Assembly (NCBI GenBank): GCA_016779485.1 | Contig: JADHNN010000006.1 | Coordinates: forward strand, 2,202 to 66,201 | Reading direction: 5' to 3' | DNA from: Gammaproteobacteria bacterium | GTDB lineage: Bacteria; Pseudomonadota; Gammaproteobacteria; GCA-002705445; GCA-002716945 | Length of the DNA stretch: 64,000 nucleotides | Part shown: positions 21,019-31,400 of the stretch, piece after piece | How the letters are laid out: every line of letters begins with the position of its first letter | Numbering within the stretch: position 1 is the stretch's first letter | Notes under the pieces: model-generated | Database searches by the model: none | The model's input: only the letters and a program-made list of their open reading frames with translations | Told to the model about the DNA's origin: nothing | Program-made: the position numbers and the translations under genes

Positions 21019-22218
21019 CTATATTTTCTCAAGAGTTCTGATTTTCTTTGGTAATACTTTCAAATCTATTAAAGAATTTTTAAGAAGCTCAAAAAAACTA
21101 CTGTCTTCGTATACTGCTCTATAATACTCGATTTTCATCATTAATGAAGCTCCGAATATAATTGATATCAATGTAATTATTGACCCAAGCGCTAATGTAG
21201 ATACACCTGTCACTCCTTGACCAATTGTGCATCCTAATGAGAGCACGCCTCCTATACCTATTAAAACTGCTCCTAGAAGATGCCTGTAGAAGTCGTGTTT
21301 GTTTGCAAACCATTCTAGTCTTAGATTATTGCTTATTAATGCATATATAAATGAACCACAGACAGTTGAAATGAGTGCAGTTACGCCAAAGGTTAAGTAG
21401 AAACTATCAAAAACACTAGATGAATATATTAACAATTCACCCATTGGGTTTATAAAGGTAAAGGACTGCACACCAACTGATGGATATGGCGTATCTAGAA
21501 AATCATTATTTTCAATCCAAGCCTGACCAAGCTCGCCACCTGATATAAGCCAAGCGAATGTAACGACTAATCCAACCACAATACCCGATAAGATATTATC
21601 AGATGATAGCTTTGAGTAAGAGGAGAATATATATTTCAATAGTAATATACTTATAATTGCAGGCACTAAGATAGTAATTATCATGTTGTTAGACTCTATC
21701 CCAGTAATAGATGAAAACATGGTTTGAATAGATTGATCAGAAATACCTAGTTTTGCTAAATCAGGACTTATAGGATTCATCCAACTATGGAATAAGAGGC
21801 CATAAAAATCTGTTCTAGTCATAAGCAATGCCATTAACCCGGCAACTATTAAAACAAATATTGATTTAATATTTCCTCCACCAATTCTTATTAATATTTT
21901 ATTTCCACAACCACTTGCTAGTGTCATACCAATTCCAAACATAATCCCACCAAGGATGTATCTGGGCCAGAAAAACACGGAATTTCTGTATGGAATTCTT
22001 GATTCATCAATGTCTACTATACTCATATACTCTAATAATGTTACTCCAACAATAGCGGTAGCAATAGCAAGCAACCAGGCTTTGAACCTTGAGCTATCTC
22101 CGATATTTACTAAATCTGAAACAGCACCCATAGTACAGAAATTTGTTTTGTTAACAACGTACCCAAGAATAAACCCTAAAATCGATGTGTAAATTAAAAG
22201 TGTTGTAGTAATATCCAT
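21019..22218 (-). CDS. YeeE/YedE family thiosulfate/sulfur-compound transporter (TsuA-like)
   Basis: 399 aa, polytopic, with the three conserved Cys motifs of YeeE (NFCTMGAV, LASGCGN, LGCTIGQGVTG). Confidence 0.8.
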   Translation of the reverse strand: MDITTTLLIYTSILGFILGYVVNKTNFCTMGAVSDLVNIGDSSRFKAWLLAIATAIVGVTLLEYMSIVDIDESRIPYRNSVFFWPRYILGGIMFGIGMTLASGCGNKILIRIGGGNIKSIFVLIVAGLMALLMTRTDFYGLLFHSWMNPISPDLAKLGISDQSIQTMFSSITGIESNNMIITILVPAIISILLLKYIFSSYSKLSSDNILSGIVVGLVVTFAWLISGGELGQAWIENNDFLDTPYPSVGVQSFTFINPMGELLIYSSSVFDSFYLTFGVTALISTVCGSFIYALISNNLRLEWFANKHDFYRHLLGAVLIGIGGVLSLGCTIGQGVTGVSTLALGSIITLISIIFGASLMMKIEYYRAVYEDSSFFELLKNSLIDLKVLPKKIRTLEKI

Positions 22219-22258
22219 AGTCTTACAAAGTCACAGTTTATATATTTTTATAATTATT

Positions 22259-22942
22259 TCAATTTTTATATATAGTTGGGTCATTGATACCAGATAATCT
22301 GAAACCCTCTTTTCTAAACTTACACGAGTCACATATACCACAAGCTCTACCTTTATCATCTAGCTGATAGCATGATACAGTTTGTGAGTAATCAATACCT
22401 AAACTATAACCGTAATTTATTATCTCACTTTTAGACATATCAATAAGAGGGGTGTATATATTCAATTTATCTCCGTCTACACCAGCTTTAGTTCCAAGGT
22501 TTATCATTTTACTAAATGACTTGATAAACTCGGGTCTGCAATCAGGATACCCAGAGTAATCTATCTGGTTAACACCTATAAATATATTATTAATATTCAA
22601 TTTTTCTGCATAAGCTGCAGCAATAGATAAAAATATTGTATTTCTCGCAGGTACATATGTAACCGGTATTCCATCAACCTTAGAAGTTGGAACAGAAATA
22701 TTATTATCTGTCAGCGCAGAACCGCCAATCTGAGTTAGGTCTATATTAAAAATATAACCATTAAGTTGTAATTTTTGAAGATAATCTTGACTAATTCGAA
22801 TTTCATACTTATGTCTTTGATTATAATCAATAGTAAGCCCAATACACTCATATCCTTTAGAAATGGCATGGTGAAGTACGGTTGTAGAATCGAGGCCTCC
22901 AGAAAATAATATTAGCGCTTGGTTACTTGCCATTAATTTCAC
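22259..22942 (-). CDS. queC: 7-cyano-7-deazaguanine synthase
   Basis: PP-loop SGGLDSTT and a C-terminal zinc-binding CGICDSC. Confidence 0.92.
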   Translation of the reverse strand: MKLMASNQALILFSGGLDSTTVLHHAISKGYECIGLTIDYNQRHKYEIRISQDYLQKLQLNGYIFNIDLTQIGGSALTDNNISVPTSKVDGIPVTYVPARNTIFLSIAAAYAEKLNINNIFIGVNQIDYSGYPDCRPEFIKSFSKMINLGTKAGVDGDKLNIYTPLIDMSKSEIINYGYSLGIDYSQTVSCYQLDDKGRACGICDSCKFRKEGFRLSGINDPTIYKN

Positions 22943-23564
22943 CCCAAATAGTTTTATGAAGCTGTGTTTGTAGCCTAACTTGTAAAGAATTATTTAAAAT
23001 TAAATCTGCCAATTGTTGTAATGGCATTTCCCCATATGAGGGAGAAAAAAGGATTGAACAGTAATTATAAAGCTTATGTTGATTCATATAATCAACTGCC
23101 CAGTTAAAATCATCCAGATTACATATTACAAATTTAATTTCATCGGATGATTTTAATCTTTGATAGTTAGTAATTATATTTTTATTTTCCTCTTTAGATC
23201 CAGGTGTCTTTACATCTAATATAATTGATACTCTAGGGTCAATGTCTTCAATAGAGAGGCAATTACTAGTCTCTAGAGAAACAGAATACTCTAAATCACA
23301 TAATTTTTTCATAAAATCTAATGTACTTTTTTGAGCTAACGGTTCTCCACCAGTTATTGTTACAAATTTGGTCATATTTATATTTAATTGAGAAATGATT
23401 TCATTAAATGTCATTTTTGTTCCACTTATGAAAGCATATTCTGTATCACAATATGAACATCTTAAGGGACACCCTGTTAATCTAACAAAATGAGTTGGTA
23501 AACCGGTTCGGGAGCTTTCTCCTTGGATTGAATAAAATATTTCATTGATGATTAAAGTACTCAT
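22923..23564 (-). CDS. queE: 7-carboxy-7-deazaguanine synthase (radical SAM)
   Basis: CPLRCSYCDT radical-SAM cluster motif. It lies upstream of queC. Confidence 0.9.
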   Translation of the reverse strand: MSTLIINEIFYSIQGESSRTGLPTHFVRLTGCPLRCSYCDTEYAFISGTKMTFNEIISQLNINMTKFVTITGGEPLAQKSTLDFMKKLCDLEYSVSLETSNCLSIEDIDPRVSIILDVKTPGSKEENKNIITNYQRLKSSDEIKFVICNLDDFNWAVDYMNQHKLYNYCSILFSPSYGEMPLQQLADLILNNSLQVRLQTQLHKTIWGEINGK

Positions 23565-23569
23565 AATTT

Positions 23570-24067
23570 CTATATGGATTTAATTTCATCCGGAGTATTG
23601 ATACAACTAATACCATGGCACAATGCTACACCTAAAGCATCAGAAGCATCAATTTCCAATTTTCTACGAATACGAAGCTTTCTCTTAACGAATTTTTGTA
23701 ATTCATCTTTATCGGCAGCACCGTTACCGGTAATTACCATTTTAACCCGTCTAGGACTGTACTCATAAATTATTCTATCGTCTCCACTGCACGCTGATAA
23801 TGCAGCTCCTCTGGCTTGTCCCAGCTTTATAGCAGTTCCTGCGTTAACACTGAAAAAAACAGATTCAAGTGCAATCTCATCAGGCTTATAAATATCTATA
23901 AGTCTTTGCGTGTTATTGTGTATAAGAGATAATTTAGTGGTATATAAATTCTTTAGGCCTGTTTTTATGATCTCATGATGAATATAAGTCAGTTTATTTT
24001 TATCAGCGTTGATTATTCCATAGCCAGTAATATTGGTACCAGGGTCTATTCCTAATATGATGCTCAT
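23570..24067 (-). CDS. ruvC: Holliday junction resolvase RuvC
   Basis: N-terminal ILGIDPGTNITGYGII and 165 aa, which is RuvC-sized. Confidence 0.92.
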   Translation of the reverse strand: MSIILGIDPGTNITGYGIINADKNKLTYIHHEIIKTGLKNLYTTKLSLIHNNTQRLIDIYKPDEIALESVFFSVNAGTAIKLGQARGAALSACSGDDRIIYEYSPRRVKMVITGNGAADKDELQKFVKRKLRIRRKLEIDASDALGVALCHGISCINTPDEIKSI

Positions 24068-24073
24068 ATTAAA

Positions 24074-24787
24074 TTATAAAACATTTATATTCGTATATAT
24101 ATTTTGTACATCATCTAATTCTTCTAAATTTTCCGTAAATAGTTCAACTTGCTCTATATCAGCATCTGTAATGTCACAAAATGTGATTGGCTCAAGGATG
24201 ATTTCTTCATCTTTAGTCACAATAGATTTTTCTTCAAAAAAAGACTTAACTTTAAATAGATCTGAGGGTTCTGTATTTAAAATACAGTTATTATCAGCTT
24301 GTTCATAATCAAGTATGTCAATATCATCTACATAATTTATTAATTCATCTTCAGATGTATCTAGCAAAGTTATAATCCCTATTTTTTTAAATAAATGTGA
24401 TACTGAGCCCTTAGTTCCAAGACTGCCATTATATTTTGTGAGTGCATGTCTTACTTCTGACACTGTACGGTTCTTATTATCTGTAAGACATTCAATAATT
24501 ACGGCAATACCTTTAGGTCCATATCCTTCATAAGTTATCTCTTCAAAAGAATCACTATTCTGACCAGAACCTTTTTTTATAGCTCTATCAATAGTATCTT
24601 TTGGCACACTATTTTTATTCGCCTTAGACATTGCTAATCTCAATCTAGAATTACTAGAAATATCAGGACCAGCTAATTTTACAGCAATCGTTATTTCTCT
24701 AATTATTTTAGTAAATACTTTCCCACGTTTATTGTCTTGAGCTTTTTTCCTATGTTGAATGTTAGCCCATTTACTATGTCCTGCCAT
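24074..24787 (-). CDS. yebC: YebC/PmpR family transcriptional regulator
   Basis: N-terminal MAGHSKWANIQHRK. It is upstream of ruvC as in many Proteobacteria. Confidence 0.92.
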   Translation of the reverse strand: MAGHSKWANIQHRKKAQDNKRGKVFTKIIREITIAVKLAGPDISSNSRLRLAMSKANKNSVPKDTIDRAIKKGSGQNSDSFEEITYEGYGPKGIAVIIECLTDNKNRTVSEVRHALTKYNGSLGTKGSVSHLFKKIGIITLLDTSEDELINYVDDIDILDYEQADNNCILNTEPSDLFKVKSFFEEKSIVTKDEEIILEPITFCDITDADIEQVELFTENLEELDDVQNIYTNINVL

Positions 24788-25776
24788 TACGAAACCCTCG
24801 TACTTTCTTGATAAAATTTATCTTCAAACTCAATCATTCTATTTATAGATTTTTTTGCATTACGTATTACTAGTTCATCCAATAGTAATTCATTATTTCC
24901 GGTAAATATATTAATTAATTTTTTATAAGTATTGAGATCCATCCATGGACATCTTCCGCAGCTTTTACATGTAGCTCCTTCGCCTTCAGTAGGTGCCTCA
25001 AAAAAGTTTTTCTCAGGGGATAACTTCTTCATCTGGTAAAATATATTTTTCTCAGTAGCAACAATAATATTTTTAGATTTACTCTTTTGGGATGCATTTA
25101 TTAATTTTGTTGTTGAGCCTACAACATCCGCTAATTGTATAATACTTCTTGGAGATTCTGGATGTACTAAGACATCACAGTCGCCTAAATGAGTAATAAG
25201 TTTCTTTAATTCTATAGTTTTATATTCCTCGTGGACTATACATGCTCCATTCCATATTTTCATATCTATACCGGTTTGATCCTGAATATATGCACCTAGG
25301 TATTTATCAGGAGCCCAAATTATTTTCTTGTTTTGACTTGCAAGATTCTCAACTAATGGAATGGCGATACTTGAAGTCACGACCCAATCTGAAATAGCTT
25401 TGATTTTAGCGCTTGTATTTGCATATACTACAATTTCTCTATCTGGAAATGAATTACAAAATTTTTGAAAAGGCTCTAGCTGACAACTCTCATCAAGAGA
25501 ACACGTAGCATCCTTGTCAATTACGTAAATGTTTTTTTCAGGATTAAGTATTTTTGCAGTTTCTCCCATGAATCTAACACCTGCAATTATGAGTTTACTC
25601 TCTTTTTGTTGACTGCCAAACTTGGCCATTTGAAGTGAATCAGCGACACAACCTCCAGTATCCTCAGCTAATTTTTGAAGCTCTTCATCTACATAGTAAT
25701 GAGCGATGAGTTTCGCGTCATTTTGTCTTAAGAAGTTTTTAACAAACTTAAGTTTTTCAGTATATTGAATATTCAT
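24787..25776 (-). CDS. nadA: Quinolinate synthase A
   Basis: 329 aa with NadA-type Cys ligands and the conserved VHPESP motif. Confidence 0.88.
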   Translation of the reverse strand: MNIQYTEKLKFVKNFLRQNDAKLIAHYYVDEELQKLAEDTGGCVADSLQMAKFGSQQKESKLIIAGVRFMGETAKILNPEKNIYVIDKDATCSLDESCQLEPFQKFCNSFPDREIVVYANTSAKIKAISDWVVTSSIAIPLVENLASQNKKIIWAPDKYLGAYIQDQTGIDMKIWNGACIVHEEYKTIELKKLITHLGDCDVLVHPESPRSIIQLADVVGSTTKLINASQKSKSKNIIVATEKNIFYQMKKLSPEKNFFEAPTEGEGATCKSCGRCPWMDLNTYKKLINIFTGNNELLLDELVIRNAKKSINRMIEFEDKFYQESTRVS

Positions 25777-27537
25777 TTAATTAATTTTACTTGTTTTGAT
25801 ACTTAACTCTCTAAGTTGAGAGGAACTAATCTCTGTAGGTGCGTCTGTTAAAAGACATGCAGATGATTGTGTCTTAGGAAATGCAATAGTATCTCTTATT
25901 GAAGGAAGGTTCTTAAGTATCATAACTAGTCTGTCTAAACCAAATGCAATCCCTGCATGAGGAGGACATCCATATTCTAATGCCTTCAGAAAAAAACCAA
26001 ATTTTTTCTCTATTTCTTCATCAGTAAGACCTAATGCCTTGAAGACTTTTAGCTGGAGTGATTTCTTATGAATACGTACAGATCCGCCCCCTATTTCATT
26101 GCCATTTAGAGTGAGATCATATGCTCTGGATAATGTTTGATTAGTAAATTCATCTGTATCATCCTCAAATGGAGATGTGAATGGATGATGAAGAGGTGTA
26201 AGTTTATTAGTATTATTCTCATATTCAAACATAGGATAGTCTACTATCCATAAAAACTTATAGCCATCCTCAATAATATCTAAATCTTTACCAAGGTTAT
26301 GAATTAATGCAGACATTGAACTATTAACAATGTCTAATGTATCTGCAGAAAAGAAAATGAGATCGCCATTTTTAGGTTTGACTGTATTCAATATATCTTT
26401 TATTTCTTGATTACTGAGAAACTTCTTAATAGGTGAAGTTATCCCTTCTTCAATATTGCTGACATTATCAATTTTAAAATATGCAAGACCTTTAGCTCCA
26501 AAGGTTTTAACCAAGTCTGTATAGTTATCGATATTTTTCCTACTCATCATACTGCCGTTAGGTACGTTTAGTGCAACAATTCTTCTTTTTTCATTATTGG
26601 CACAGTCTTTAAAAACTTTGAATTCAGTATCACTCATCATGTTCGTAATATCTTTTAATTCAAGTGGATTTCTTAAATCAGGTTTATCGCAACCATATTT
26701 GTCCATTGATTCCACATACGTCATTCTTGGGAATTCTAAATTGGCATTTTTATCAAGCAATGAAGTAAATATTTTTCTCATTAATGATTCAGTTAAATTT
26801 ATAATGTCATCCTCATTTGAAAAAGAACATTCGATATCAAGTTGTGTAAATTCTGGTTGGCGATCTGCTCTCAAGTCTTCATCACGGAAACATTTTGCAA
26901 TTTGGAAATATTTATCCATACCAGATATCATTAACAATTGTTTAAAAAGTTGTGGAGATTGAGGTAGTGCAAAAAAATTAGTTTTATGTACTCTACTTGG
27001 CACAAGGTAATCTCGAGCACCTTCTGGTGTAGGTTTTGTTAATATTGGAGTTTCAATTTCATTAAAATTGTTACTACAAAGATGATTACGAATAGTGTTA
27101 TAAAGTTTAGATCTGAATCTAAGATTGTCTTGCATCTTCGATCCTCGTAAATCTATATATCTATATTGCAGCCTAAGATCTTCATTTGTTTTTCCATCAT
27201 TAATTTGAAAAGGCGGGGTTTTTGAAGTATTTAGAATTAATAGTTTCTCCGCAATTAATTCAATTTCTCCAGTAAGCATGTCATTATTAATTGTGCCTTC
27301 TAATCTTTTTTTTATTGTTCCGGTAATTTCTAGGACATATTCTGATCTGAGACTCTGAGCTATATCAAATATTTTTTTAGTATCAGGATTAAATACAATT
27401 TGGATAATTCCAGTATGATCTCTCAGGTCTATAAAAATAACACCCCCGTGATCTCTCCGGGTATTAACCCATCCTTTAACTGTTAAGATCTCATTGATAC
27501 TTTTATTATCAATCTCACCGCAATAAGTTCTTTTCAT
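25777..27537 (-). CDS. aspS: Aspartate--tRNA ligase
   Basis: 586 aa with an N-terminal OB fold and class II motifs (FRDEDLRADRQPEFTQLD, GGGSVRIH, GLDRLVM). Confidence 0.95.
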   Translation of the reverse strand: MKRTYCGEIDNKSINEILTVKGWVNTRRDHGGVIFIDLRDHTGIIQIVFNPDTKKIFDIAQSLRSEYVLEITGTIKKRLEGTINNDMLTGEIELIAEKLLILNTSKTPPFQINDGKTNEDLRLQYRYIDLRGSKMQDNLRFRSKLYNTIRNHLCSNNFNEIETPILTKPTPEGARDYLVPSRVHKTNFFALPQSPQLFKQLLMISGMDKYFQIAKCFRDEDLRADRQPEFTQLDIECSFSNEDDIINLTESLMRKIFTSLLDKNANLEFPRMTYVESMDKYGCDKPDLRNPLELKDITNMMSDTEFKVFKDCANNEKRRIVALNVPNGSMMSRKNIDNYTDLVKTFGAKGLAYFKIDNVSNIEEGITSPIKKFLSNQEIKDILNTVKPKNGDLIFFSADTLDIVNSSMSALIHNLGKDLDIIEDGYKFLWIVDYPMFEYENNTNKLTPLHHPFTSPFEDDTDEFTNQTLSRAYDLTLNGNEIGGGSVRIHKKSLQLKVFKALGLTDEEIEKKFGFFLKALEYGCPPHAGIAFGLDRLVMILKNLPSIRDTIAFPKTQSSACLLTDAPTEISSSQLRELSIKTSKIN

Positions 27538-27750
27538 TTATGAGTCCGTTTTTTTTGTATCAGGTTTTTTTGTTTTAAAGTCAGTTTCGTACCAACCAGA
27601 ACCCTTTAATCTGAAACCTGAGGAAGATACAAGCCTATGGACCGCCCCTTTTTCATCACACCTACAAATAGTAAGCTTTTTATCAGATATTTTTTGGATT
27701 ACTTCAAATACTTTTCCGCAATCATCACATTTATATTCGTATATAGGCAT
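27538..27750 (-). CDS. FmdB-family zinc-ribbon protein
   Basis: N-terminal MPIYEYKCDDCGKVFEV. These genes commonly follow aspS. Confidence 0.75.
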   Translation of the reverse strand: MPIYEYKCDDCGKVFEVIQKISDKKLTICRCDEKGAVHRLVSSSGFRLKGSGWYETDFKTKKPDTKKTDS

Positions 27751-27825
27751 ATTTATTGATTTAAATCATATTAGACACGAAGTTATTATACAAAAAAAAT
27801 CTTCTTTTATCTCTTTTAAATTTAA

Positions 27826-27834
27826 TGCTATAAT
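27826..27834 (+). promoter_or_regulatory. Putative extended -10 promoter element (TGcTATAAT) for the cytochrome c genes
   Basis: atGCTATAATgcc lies about 12-20 nt upstream of the ATG at 27847, in a 96-bp divergent intergenic region. Confidence 0.3.
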
Positions 27835-27846
27835 GCCACAAATTTT

Positions 27847-28158
27847 ATGAAAGCCATACTCAAAAGCGCCACATTATTAATCCTGTTTTCCTCTAATAAT
27901 GTATACCCTGCAGATGAATATACTGGAAAAGAAAAAGCTGAAACATGTCTTGGTTGTCATGCTATAGAAGGCTACAACAATACATATCCGACATATAAAG
28001 TTCCCAAATTAGGTGGTCAGCATGCAGATTATATCGTTACTGCGCTCAAAGCTTATCAAAAAGGTGATCGCAAACATGAAACAATGCATGCCAACGCATC
28101 TGGACTATCTGATGAAGATATCCAAGATATAGCAATATACTTTGAGTCAATTAAATAA
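27847..28158 (+). CDS. Monoheme c-type cytochrome (c4-half/c552-like), secreted
   Basis: Signal peptide, a single CLGCH, and a Met axial-ligand region (HETMHAN). Confidence 0.8.
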   Translation: MKAILKSATLLILFSSNNVYPADEYTGKEKAETCLGCHAIEGYNNTYPTYKVPKLGGQHADYIVTALKAYQKGDRKHETMHANASGLSDEDIQDIAIYFESIK

Positions 28159-28481
28159 TGAAATATTTGCCGATAATAATACTGACTTCTCTATTGAGTA
28201 ATTTTGCTATTGCAGATGAAAGCTTTAATCGAGGTAAAGAGCAATCAGTCACGTGTTCTGCATGTCATGGAGCAGATGGCAATAGTAATAATAAGATGTA
28301 TCCCAGACTTGCGGGTCAATATAAAAACTACCTCATTCATTCATTAAAAGCATATAAGAGTGGTTCAAGACAAAACGCTATAATGAATGGGTTTGCAGCA
28401 GGGCTATCAGATCAGGATATCATTGATTTATCTACTTACTATTCAAAGCAAAAAGGTTTGAATATTATACCTAAAAATTAA
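28158..28481 (+). CDS. Monoheme c-type cytochrome, a tandem paralog
   Basis: Own signal peptide (MKYLPIIILTSLLSNFAIA) and a single CSACH. It overlaps the previous stop by 1 nt. Confidence 0.8.
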   Translation: MKYLPIIILTSLLSNFAIADESFNRGKEQSVTCSACHGADGNSNNKMYPRLAGQYKNYLIHSLKAYKSGSRQNAIMNGFAAGLSDQDIIDLSTYYSKQKGLNIIPKN

Positions 28482-31400
28482 TTATCTTCTTCTATCAATA
28501 GATACAACGCTGGTATCAGATATAAAGTGATGAATGAAGCCAGACCAATCCCACCAAAAACTACTACAGCCATAGCAAAGCGACTCTCTGCACCAGCACC
28601 AGAGCTAAGTATCAGAGGTATTGAACCTAGTAAAGTTGAAATTGTTGTCATGATTACGGGTCTGAATCTGATTATAGATGATTCAATTATAGCTTGAGAT
28701 TTTTTTAGACCATCACTTTTGAGTTGATTAGCAAACTCTACTACTAAGATGCCGTTCTTTGCAATCAATCCAATAAGCATCAAAAAACCTATTTGACTAT
28801 AAACATTTAATGATCCACCTGTAACAAACAAAGAATATATACCAGCTGTCATTGTAATAGGTACTGTTAAAATAATAATTAATGGATTTCTGAAACTTTC
28901 GAACTGAGCAGCTAGTACTAAGTAGACTATCAAAACAGCAAGCAATATTGTAAGTTCTAATTTATATCCTGTTTCAAAATACTCTTTAGAGGCTCCTGCA
29001 AATGAAATTTTAGCATTTGAAGGAAGTATATCTTCTGCTGAATTAGTTAAGTCACTTAATATATCGCCCAAAGAGGCACCCGGTGTTGTTGAAGCAGATA
29101 ATGTTACTGACGGAAGACGATTGACACGTTTTAAGCTCTTGCTCGTAGCCTCAAGTGATTTAATAGTTAGGTTGCTCAGCGGTACAAGCTCATTACTAAT
29201 CTTAGATTTAATAAAGATATTATCTAAATTAGATTCATTTTGTAAATAATTTTCGTCAGATTTAATTATTACATTATAAGTCAATCCATCTCTAGAAAAA
29301 CTTGTTACTTTACGTGATCCATACAATGCATCAAGAGTAGTCGCAATATCTTCAGCTGCAATTCCAAGATTTGATGCAGAGTCTCTATTTATTTTGAGAT
29401 TAATCCTTGGTTTATCTACTTTATAGTCAATCCTTGCATTCCTGAGACCTATTTCATTTGAACTATCTTGGATTAGTTTTCCCCATTCTCCAACTTGTTC
29501 ATAATCTGTTCCGCTGATTACAAAACGTACTGGAGATTTAAATGGACTTTGACCTAAACTTGGAGGATTAATTGTAAATATCATTGCACCAGGCATTGAT
29601 ATAAGTTTCGGGAATATTTCTCTGACAATCTCTTTCTGATGCCTAGATCTAATTTCCCATGGTGAAAGAGATGCAAAGATAAAAGCAGAATTAACACTTC
29701 CTGGTTCACCAGAAAACCCAGGAGCTACTATTGCAAAAACAGTTTTTATTTCTCCTTTGTCCACATATTCCGCAAGAACATTTTCAACCTTATTTACCAT
29801 ATTATTTGTATACTCTAACGATGAACCCTCAGGGGCATTTACTGACACAATAAATAATCCTCTATCTTCTGAAGGTGCGAGTTCTTTTGGGAGGAACTGG
29901 TATAGTAAAAATGATATTAATATAAAAATGATAGTGATTGTATAAACTATTTTTGGCTTTTTTTGTGATGAAATTAAAGACGTTTGATAAAATTTTTTAA
30001 ATTTCTCAAACATTATCCTTTCAGACTCATCTGTATTTTTTTCAAGAAGTTTAGAACACATCATTGGAGTTAAAGTCAAAGCAACAAAACTTGATATAAT
30101 CACTGCAAAAGATAAAACGACTCCAAATTCTATAAACAATCTCCCTGTTTTTCCTCCCATAAATGATAACGGTAAAAAAACACTTACTAAAACAATCGTA
30201 GTTGCAATTACAACAAATGTAATTTGCTTAGCACCATTTATAGATGCAGAATAATTGTCTTCACCACTTTCGATTTTTCTTTTAATATTCTCCATTACAA
30301 CTATTGAATCATCTACTATTAATCCTATTGCTAAAACTAAGGCTAAAAATGTCAATACATTAAGTGAGTATCCGAAGATATAAATAATAAAAAATGTCCC
30401 TATAATTGAAATTGGTATAGTGATTGCAGGAATTATGGTTGCAGCTTTGGATGATAAAAAATAGTAGATAATAAGAATAACCAATATCATTGATACCATG
30501 AGCGCGAATCTTATTTCGCTAATAGATTCTCTAACGAATTTAGATTGATCATATCCAATACTCATATTTATATTTTCTGGAAGTGATGGCCTTATTAGTT
30601 CGAGTTCTTTTTTAATATTATCAGTAACATCAAGTATATTAGATTTGGTTTGTCTCACAATACCTAAACCTATTGCGTTTTTACCGTTAGCTCTAAGGAA
30701 TCCTCTATCTGACTCAGGGCCTATTTCTATTTCAGCTACATCAGATAATATTATTTTTGAGTCTCCATGGTGTCTTATTACGACATTGTTATATTCATTT
30801 AATGTCTTCAACTTTGAGTCAAGCTTGATGCCAATTTCTCTTTGGATAGATTCAAAGCGACCTGCACCTCTTTCAATATTTTCTCTTTTAATAGCATTAA
30901 TAACTTCTATTACAGTTAAACCTCTAGATGCTATTTCCTCTGGATCCATCCATACTCTCACAGAATATTTTCTTTCACCTCCAATAGTTATTGATGCAAC
31001 ACCAGGTTGTATAGATAATCTATCTACTACGTTTCTGTCTAGATAATCATTGAGTTGTATGTCTGTTAGAATATCACTCGAGAAGCCAATCCACATAATT
31101 GCACGAGCATCTGAATCAGATTTAGCTATACGAGGGTTATCAGCTTCATCAGGTAGCAGTGCTGCAATTCTAGAAACTTTATCTCTGACATCGTTTGCAG
31201 CGGTATCAAGATTTGTTTCTAATGTAAATTCTATTCTTATCTTTGACAACTCATCTCTACTCTCCGATGTGATCTCCCTTATGCCTGATATGCCTGAGAG
31301 TGAGTCTTCAATAATTTCTGTAACATCTCTTTCAAGAATTTTTGATGATGCTCCAGTATATATTGTTTTAACTGTTACAACAGGTCTATCAATATCGGGA

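Noticed and set aside
20926-21032. N-terminal 36 aa of track ORF 20055-21032 (MRKYSIFGALAQLVEQWPFKPFVTGSNPVRP...)
   Set aside because: This stretch is the tRNA-Lys gene translated. It is not coding sequence.
27847-28481. Possibility that the two cytochrome c ORFs are one frameshifted diheme cytochrome c4
   Set aside because: The second ORF begins with its own canonical signal peptide and ATG, and the 1-nt stop/start overlap is clean. Two separate monoheme genes are more parsimonious.
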